The position numbers and the translations under genes are program-made. DNA of 64,000 nucleotides, taken from positions 288,001 through 352,000 of the forward strand of contig JAVLKG010000005.1 in the NCBI GenBank assembly GCA_032128875.1, read 5' to 3'. Under the pieces are notes generated by a model, which worked only from the letters and a program-made list of their open reading frames with translations, had not been told where the DNA came from and searched no databases. Shown here piece by piece: positions 57,732 to 64,000 of this stretch (positions within the stretch are counted from its first letter, which is position 1; every line of letters starts with the position of its first letter). This DNA is from Candidatus Melainabacteria bacterium 17Bon1m (GTDB lineage: Bacteria > Cyanobacteriota > Vampirovibrionia > Obscuribacterales > Obscuribacteraceae).

Positions 57732-57895
57732 GGCGCTTTTCCGCTCCCATTGCTTCCGATATATGCGTTCGATTACCTATATATTGGCACAGCAATTCTT
57801 GGACTGCACTAGGGATTAATCTAGGTTCCAATTTCCAGATGGCCACCCTTGCTTCCTGTATTCGCATAGCGCGCTGGATGTTTTGACCTAAAGAC

Positions 57896-57927
57896 AAAAA
57901 AATAGGGACGCATCTCTGCGCCCCTAC
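57896..57927 (-). terminator. Terminator of the fasciclin gene, REP-like (GTAG plus palindrome)
   Basis: Minus strand gtaggggcgca-gaga-tgcgtcccta followed by a T7 tract. Confidence 0.7.
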
Positions 57928-57950
57928 CGATAACCTCATTTCCGGTCAGC

Positions 57951-58475
57951 TTATTTGCCGCGCTCAGGAATCAAAACGGTGTCGATGACGTGAACTACGC
58001 CGTTGGTGCAATCTTTGTCAGCTTGCGTGACGAGAGCGCCGTCAACAACTTGTGTGCCGTCTTTGTTGTCGAGCATCACGGATTCGCCTTCCAAGGTTAC
58101 GAGCGAACGGCGGCTTGCCAGATCGCTAGCAGAGTACTTCTTGGGAAGAACGTGATATTTGAGCACTGTTGCCAACTTCTTGTTATCAGCCATGAGGGCT
58201 TCTCTGTCGGCTTTAGGAATTTTGTTGAAAGCTGCATCGCTTGGAGCGAAGAGGGTGTAACTACCTCTTTGTCCGAGAGTCTTCATCAAACCGGTCTTGA
58301 CCAGCGCATGGTGGAGTGTCGACAACTCCTTGTTGCAGGCGGTCGAGCTCGAAACGCTCGGCTTGCCGCAGGCTTTCTTGTGGTGTCTTTTCGCATCAGC
58401 TGTAAGCTGAGACGAGCTAATCACCGCCAATGTCATTGCTACGACAACTGCGGCTACTTTCTTCGATTGCATCAC
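57951..58475 (-). CDS. Secreted fasciclin (FAS1) domain protein
   Basis: Signal peptide; YTLFAPSDAAF, LKYHV, NGVVHVIDTVLIP. Confidence 0.95.
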   Translation of the reverse strand: MMQSKKVAAVVVAMTLAVISSSQLTADAKRHHKKACGKPSVSSSTACNKELSTLHHALVKTGLMKTLGQRGSYTLFAPSDAAFNKIPKADREALMADNKKLATVLKYHVLPKKYSASDLASRRSLVTLEGESVMLDNKDGTQVVDGALVTQADKDCTNGVVHVIDTVLIPERGK

Positions 58476-58658
58476 GATCTCCTTTGCCTGTCGCGAATCT
58501 AGTGATCTAAGTGATCCTACTGACGCGTATATACGATCTTCTTCAACCCTTACCCATAGCTGTCGCTAAAGCATGCGCCAGGCTATGTCTTGAATGCCTA
58601 AATTATGCCGGATCTAAGTTAAGTGCCCGTAAAAAGATCAGGTGCCCTGATCCACCTT

Positions 58659-58982
58659 TTATACGTGCTTGTTAATTGCCGTCGCGAGAGCTGATTTCGG
58701 TACAGCGCCGACTACCTGCTCGACAACCTGACCTGTCTTGAAGACATAAAGGCTTGGAATGCCGCGAATAGAATAGGCTTGCGCAGTTTTCGGATTTTCA
58801 TCCGTGTTCAGCTTCACAACCTTGAGACGACCTTCGTATTCTTTAGAAAGGTCTTCCACAACAGGCGCGATTGCTTTGCAAGGACCACACCAGGGAGCCC
58901 AAAAGTCGACCAGGACTGGAATTTCAGCCTTCAAAACTTCTTGCTCAAACGTGGCGTCGGTGACGTTCAACACAGCAGACAT
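58659..58982 (-). CDS. trxA: Thioredoxin
   Basis: [20 protein letters not shown]; 107 aa. Confidence 0.97.
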   Translation of the reverse strand: MSAVLNVTDATFEQEVLKAEIPVLVDFWAPWCGPCKAIAPVVEDLSKEYEGRLKVVKLNTDENPKTAQAYSIRGIPSLYVFKTGQVVEQVVGAVPKSALATAINKHV

Positions 58983-59370
58983 CTTCGGAATGGACCTCCC
59001 ATTTGGCGGGCTAGATAGCAGTCGTTATCAAACTTCTATGCTTCCGCATTATATAGACTCGCAACTTAGTTTCGCACAGATAGGACAATTTGTCTTAATC
59101 GTTGATCGTGTTGCCAAGCGAGTGACGTACCGCGGCATAGCGCATGGCAAGCCATAAGTAGAGGAGCTGTGTGACCGATAAGACTGGCTATTCCTCGAAT
59201 TCGCCCGTAGCCAATTGTCAAAGGGCTTTCTATTTCAGTTTAGAAAGTTCCGATATTTTTGTTGAAATCGGTATTTAATTAGATCGGGGAGCGCAATACG
59301 ACTTGAGCGTGCCTCTGTTCCTAAGTATTTTTCTAGTGCCTTAGCTACTCAGCCTTCAGAGGCAAATTCG

Positions 59371-60897
59371 ATGGGGCTCTTGGAGCGAATCTACAAGTGG
59401 ATGTTCAGAAGTCTGGCCAACCAGCTTCTGTTTACCTACCTGGTCATTATTGTGATTTCGCTCTTGGCTGTGAGCTTATGGGCGTTGTTTGCCATTAAAT
59501 CTGAATCTGTCACCGATTTGCGCAACTCGCTTGAAGTTGAAGCTGTGCACTTGGCTTTGGAAATTGACAACGACTTGGGCATGGATTCTGAGAAGTCCAG
59601 GCAGCGCATTCAAAGCGCGGTGGACCGTCACGCTACTAAGCTTGGCGTGGCAATCACAGTGGTCGATCGTGATGGACGAGTACTTGCAGATTCATCTACG
59701 ATCTCGCCAGCGCCGGATGGCGTCAACATCTCCAACGATTCTGAGATCAATGATGCGCTCGCCGGCATCGTTGCGATATACACGAGAAATGAGCGGACAA
59801 CAAACAGTAACTGGCTCTACGTCGCCTGTCCCGTGCGCGCCGCAGGTCAGACTACAGGAGTTATTCGAGTTGGAGTTCAGCTGACTGAAATCGAACAGCG
59901 TTTGCACCGCGACTTGATCATCTTTCTGGAAATTATTTTTGCGACTGGTGTAATGACAGTTCTCATCAGCCTTTGGCTGGCGCGACGAGTAAATAGACCG
60001 TTGCAAGAAATGAGCATGACTGCCAGAAAAATCGCTGCATCCGGTGACATGTCGGAAACGGTTCCGGTGAAACGACCTGATGAAGTTGGAGAGTTGGCGC
60101 GTTCTTTCAATCAAATGATTCGCCGTCTGCGTGAGCAAGAACGTTTGCGTCAAGAATTCATCGCCAACGCATCACACGAATTGAAAACACCGACAATGGC
60201 GATTGGTTCTGTTGTGGAAGCGCTTCAAGCGGGCGCTGCCGAAGATCCAAAGCTTCGCAATCAATTCCTCGAATCACTCGAAAGACTCGTTGATCGACAA
60301 GCGAATCTATTGCAAGACCTGCTCGATATCAGCCGATTGGATAGCGGACAGGATATGTCGTTGAAAAACGAAATCAATGTTCAGCAACTCATCAACGATG
60401 CTGTCTATCAAGTTCAGCCAAATGCTGAGAAAAAACAAGTTGAAATCAACGTAGATTCTGACCTTGACGGCGCAGTGGTTATGGGCAATTCCATACATTT
60501 GCAGAGAGCGTTGGTAAACATCCTAGGGAATGCTGTCAATTACACTTCTAAGGATGGAAACGTCGGAATTAAGGCAACTCTCGATGGAATCAATGAGGTA
60601 GAAATCAAAATTACTGATACCGGAATTGGTATCGATGCAGAAGACCTTCCCAAAATTTTCGAGCGCTTCTATCGTGCTGACAAAGCGAGAAGTCGCGCAA
60701 GTGGTGGCTCCGGACTTGGTCTAGCAATCACCCAAGAAATCATTGCCAGACATCAGGGTAGCGTTAGTGTTGAGTCTGAAGTCGGCGTAGGGTCTACGTT
60801 TGTCGTTCGCTTGCCCGTAAAGGTGCAAGCACCACCCGTGGAAAGACCACTGGAATCTGACGCGGACAAAGATGCTGTTTTAGGTAGCCATGAATAA
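59371..60897 (+). CDS. Sensor histidine kinase (TM-sensor-TM-HAMP-HisKA-HATPase)
   Basis: DEVGELARSFN, ASHELKTP, NILGNA, DTGIGI, FERFYR, GSGLGLAI. Confidence 0.96.
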   Translation: MGLLERIYKWMFRSLANQLLFTYLVIIVISLLAVSLWALFAIKSESVTDLRNSLEVEAVHLALEIDNDLGMDSEKSRQRIQSAVDRHATKLGVAITVVDRDGRVLADSSTISPAPDGVNISNDSEINDALAGIVAIYTRNERTTNSNWLYVACPVRAAGQTTGVIRVGVQLTEIEQRLHRDLIIFLEIIFATGVMTVLISLWLARRVNRPLQEMSMTARKIAASGDMSETVPVKRPDEVGELARSFNQMIRRLREQERLRQEFIANASHELKTPTMAIGSVVEALQAGAAEDPKLRNQFLESLERLVDRQANLLQDLLDISRLDSGQDMSLKNEINVQQLINDAVYQVQPNAEKKQVEINVDSDLDGAVVMGNSIHLQRALVNILGNAVNYTSKDGNVGIKATLDGINEVEIKITDTGIGIDAEDLPKIFERFYRADKARSRASGGSGLGLAITQEIIARHQGSVSVESEVGVGSTFVVRLPVKVQAPPVERPLESDADKDAVLGSHE

Positions 60898-61123
60898 TCT
60901 GATCAAAAAGATTCAATCTATTTTTGGAAAGAAAGATGCCCCGCCCGCTCCTGCTGAAGAAGAGGACGAGCTTTGTTGTGAGGGCAAAGTGCACATCGCA
61001 TACCGCGGAATCAGTGACGACAAAATGTACGTATCATACAACCGGCGATGGGATGAAGTGAAATTCTTCAAGCCCAACGGGCTGCGCGTCTTCTGCAACG
61101 TTTGCCGCCGCCGCTTGCTTTAG
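60890..61123 (+). CDS. Small Cys-rich hypothetical protein
   Basis: Start overlaps kinase stop; CC..H and CNVC; fills the gap to the convergent regulator. Confidence 0.6.
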   Translation: MNNLIKKIQSIFGKKDAPPAPAEEEDELCCEGKVHIAYRGISDDKMYVSYNRRWDEVKFFKPNGLRVFCNVCRRRLL

Positions 61124-61797
61124 CTCGGCATTTCCCATTTGTAGCCTTGGCGGTGGATGGTTTTGATTGGTGAAGGCTGCCCTTCTGTCTCGATTTTTCC
61201 GCGCAATTTTGTGATGTGCACGCGAATAGTGTCAGGTGATGCTTCTGATTCTGCGGACCAAACCCGGTCGAGAAGCGCTTCTGGGCTGAATACTTGATTT
61301 GGATGGCGAAGGAAAAATTCTAACAGTGCAAACTCTTTCGGCAGAAGTGTAATTTCCTTTCCACCTTTGGTGACCTTGAATCCTTGCGGATCTAGCTCAA
61401 TGTCTCCGCAAGTCAAAATGTTTTGTTTCAATTCGCCAGAGCGTCTCAAAAGCGCTCGCACGCGGGCAGATAATTCGCGCGGATGAAAGGGTTTCGTCAA
61501 ATAATCGTCGGCTCCAGCGTCCAGCCCTGTTTCTTTATCGGTGATTTCCGACTTGCCTGTAAGCATCAGCACGGGCGTGTTTCCGCCCTTAGAGCGAAAC
61601 CGCTTGCAGATTTCGATGCCTGTAAGATCGGGCAATTGCCAGTCGAATATCAGCACGTCGTATTTGTCGAAGCGCAGGCGTTCTATAGCTTCGCTGCCTG
61701 AGTTGACGACGTCAATCGTATAGTGCTCATCGGTGAGCCAGTCGCTCACGACCTCGCACACTTCCAGGTCATCTTCGACCAATAGAATTTTGGCCAC
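61120..61797 (-). CDS. OmpR/PhoB family response regulator
   Basis: ILLVEDD, FDWQLP, GADDYLTKPF, winged helix KEFALL...IRVHI..LR.K. Confidence 0.97.
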   Translation of the reverse strand: MAKILLVEDDLEVCEVVSDWLTDEHYTIDVVNSGSEAIERLRFDKYDVLIFDWQLPDLTGIEICKRFRSKGGNTPVLMLTGKSEITDKETGLDAGADDYLTKPFHPRELSARVRALLRRSGELKQNILTCGDIELDPQGFKVTKGGKEITLLPKEFALLEFFLRHPNQVFSPEALLDRVWSAESEASPDTIRVHITKLRGKIETEGQPSPIKTIHRQGYKWEMPS

Positions 61798-61815
61798 TGC
61801 TGTTCCCTTCTGAAT

Positions 61816-63381
61816 TTGCCGCCTTCGCCATTGAAATATAGGCTACTGTATACCAGCCGTCAAATCACCATTTCCATGGCGCGTAAGTATAATTTCGGTA
61901 TTTCCTTTGATGGGCACGTCGAGGCGAAGCGGTTGCGATTTGATCTGAAACTTTCACAGAAGGGATTGATCCTTGTTGCAATTCCTTTGGCTTTTCAAAT
62001 CATTTTCTTTGTAGTGCTTGCAGGGCTGATTGCCGCTGCCGAACACGAGGAGATGATTGCGAAGCGTGGGGAGCGTATAACTTCACGCATTGGCAATGTT
62101 TCCAAGTATTTGATTGAGTCTGAAATGGCTTTGATCGGATATGGCTGTCGTCGCATGGAGCCTTTGCTGGCTGCGTATGAAGCGAACGATGCTCAGATTC
62201 CTCTTGTTTTTGAAGACCTGAAAAAGCTCACGAAGGAAGTTCCTGACACAGCGACGAGCATTACCAGCCTGGAGATTGCGGTCAATCAACTGCGAAAAAA
62301 CATGAGACAGTCGCTCAGCAACATCCATGGTGGCAATTGGATGCCCGCGGTGGTGCGGCTGGCCGGGCAAAGCACAAATTCCTATTTTACTGTGAAGCAT
62401 GAAATCGAAGCGATCACACGGCAAATTCGCAGAAGCTACATCACTGATCAGCAGGAAGAGCGCAATAAAATGCGGATCTGGGCTGCACTCATTGTGATGC
62501 TTATTTCAAACATCGTGATCACAATTTTGATGTCGCTCTATTTCAGCAAGAATGTGTCTGGGCGTCTGAAGATACTTTCGGAGAACACTTTGCGCGTTCG
62601 CGACAGAAAAGAACTCAATCCGCCGCTTGAAGGCAGTGATGAAATTGCAGAACTGGACCGCACTTTTCACTCAATGTCGGCTGCGCTGACAAAGGCAGAG
62701 CAGACCAAAGCAGAATTCATTTCAATGATAAGCCATGATCTGCGCAGCCCTCTGACCTCCCTGCAGTTCACTTTTGCGCTGGCAGAAAAGGGTGCTTTCG
62801 GTGAAATGAATGAAAAAGGAAAAGAGCGTTTCTCAAAGGCTGAACATACTGTTGACCGGCTAGTGAAGCTGATTAACGAACTCCTGGACATTGAGAAGAT
62901 GGAAGCGGGAATGTTGAGCATGGTTCCTGCTCCAGAAGAACTCGATGCCATCGTAAAGCGCGCATTTGACTCTGTGTCAGGATTGGCAGAAAAGAAATCT
63001 ATTGAACTCACTGCGCCTTTAAGCTCGCTCAAAGTCAATGTTGAGGGTGATCGCATTGTTCAGGTTCTGGTAAATCTATTGTCGAACGCTATAAAGTTTT
63101 CCCCGAACAATTCTCGAATTGTTGTCTCTGCCACTGAATTGCCGACCGGTGTAAAAGTGACTGTTGCAGACGAAGGACGCGGAATTCCAAAGGAAAAATT
63201 GAAAGAAGTATTTGATCGTTTTGCGCAGGTCGAGCATGCGGATGCCACCACTCATGGTGGTACTGGTTTGGGTTTGGCGATTTGTAAGGCTATCATTGAA
63301 GGGCACGGCGGAATTATTAGCGTCGACAGTGATGAAGGCGTCGGCAGCCGTTTTTGGTTCGTCATCCAAAAGGCGGAGTAG
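61816..63381 (+). CDS. Sensor histidine kinase (TM-helical sensor-TM-HAMP-HisKA-HATPase)
   Basis: DEIAEL, ISHDLRSP, NLLSNAIKFS, DEGRGI, GTGLGLAI. True start likely downstream of 61816. Confidence 0.94.
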   Translation: MPPSPLKYRLLYTSRQITISMARKYNFGISFDGHVEAKRLRFDLKLSQKGLILVAIPLAFQIIFFVVLAGLIAAAEHEEMIAKRGERITSRIGNVSKYLIESEMALIGYGCRRMEPLLAAYEANDAQIPLVFEDLKKLTKEVPDTATSITSLEIAVNQLRKNMRQSLSNIHGGNWMPAVVRLAGQSTNSYFTVKHEIEAITRQIRRSYITDQQEERNKMRIWAALIVMLISNIVITILMSLYFSKNVSGRLKILSENTLRVRDRKELNPPLEGSDEIAELDRTFHSMSAALTKAEQTKAEFISMISHDLRSPLTSLQFTFALAEKGAFGEMNEKGKERFSKAEHTVDRLVKLINELLDIEKMEAGMLSMVPAPEELDAIVKRAFDSVSGLAEKKSIELTAPLSSLKVNVEGDRIVQVLVNLLSNAIKFSPNNSRIVVSATELPTGVKVTVADEGRGIPKEKLKEVFDRFAQVEHADATTHGGTGLGLAICKAIIEGHGGIISVDSDEGVGSRFWFVIQKAE

Positions 63382-63474
63382 GTGCGAGGCTGCTTTCTCT
63401 GCTTTAACAACTCCACAACAAGAGTTATATAGAGTCCATTAGAACAACCGAACACCCCTCGCCGTGGAGTCCTC

Positions 63475-63855
63475 ATGATCACGACGACTTACACCCTGCT
63501 GCCTACAAAGAACGATCAGAAGAACGACGGTTCATCAAAAGGAAACGCCGTCGACGATTGGAAGTCTTATGCGATTGCATCCGCGATTGCCTTAAGTGGC
63601 GGATTTCGTGAAGCTTCGAAGCGAATGGTGAAACAGGCTAAGGAGAAGGTGTACGAGATTCCTCCGAGCGCCTATCGCGTGGTGGCAACGAATATTTGCG
63701 ATATGATTGTCGCTGCCGACCGCAAGCGGTTCGAACGAGCCGCGCTTTTAAAGCAAACAGCTATGGACGGCATGCGCTCTATCTCAGGCTCTGAAGCTAC
63801 CGAGCTGAAGGATGTCTTGGAGCAGGTTTGCGTTCATCTTGAACTAAAATCATGA
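63475..63855 (+). CDS. Hypothetical protein
   Basis: 126-aa ORF with SD GGAG. Confidence 0.55.
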   Translation: MITTTYTLLPTKNDQKNDGSSKGNAVDDWKSYAIASAIALSGGFREASKRMVKQAKEKVYEIPPSAYRVVATNICDMIVAADRKRFERAALLKQTAMDGMRSISGSEATELKDVLEQVCVHLELKS

Positions 63856-63966
63856 GTTACACGCAAACGGTTGTCGAAAACTCGCCAATATCTCTAAACT
63901 CGTATGATTTCAGTAAACCTGGTCTATGCCATTTGAAAGTAGTCACTCCGAATTTCGCAGTTTTCC

Positions 63967-63990
63967 GTAGGGGCGGCATTAATGCCGCCC
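63967..63990 (+). repeat. REP-like element
   Basis: GTAG followed by perfect palindrome gggcggcattaatgccgccc. Confidence 0.55.
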
Positions 63991-64000
63991 GCGCGAAAGG

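Overview
Bacterial chromosomal window with roughly balanced GC and standard genetic code 11. No rRNA, tRNA, CRISPR array or transposase was recognised. Gene style suggests a non-photosynthetic cyanobacterial relative such as Obscuribacterales/Vampirovibrionia (inference only). The first ~47 kb is a cell-surface island. A Tad/Flp pilus cluster (flp, cpaB, cpaE, tadA, tadB, tadC, DUF192, ridA, prepilin peptidase; no secretin in view) is embedded among sugar-nucleotide enzymes: GmhA/HddA-like, a mutase-like flavoprotein, a split transketolase and four SDR epimerases. The island also has two polyprenol-phosphate GT2s, four GT-C-type membrane glycosyltransferases, MBOAT/SGNH and acyltransferase-3 acylation genes, and a spermidine-synthase-like membrane protein flanked by two paralogous 4-His membrane proteins. 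The right part holds two paralogous repeat proteins, thioredoxins, a fasciclin and two-component genes. It also holds an FtsH-like protease with three intact tandem AAA+ modules and an unannotated upstream ORF with an in-frame TGA followed by a hairpin. Top leads: the triple-AAA FtsH, the TGA-interrupted ORF, the putative pilin/surface glycosylation island, a motif shared by the flp and cpaB leaders, and a four-copy TetR operator array.
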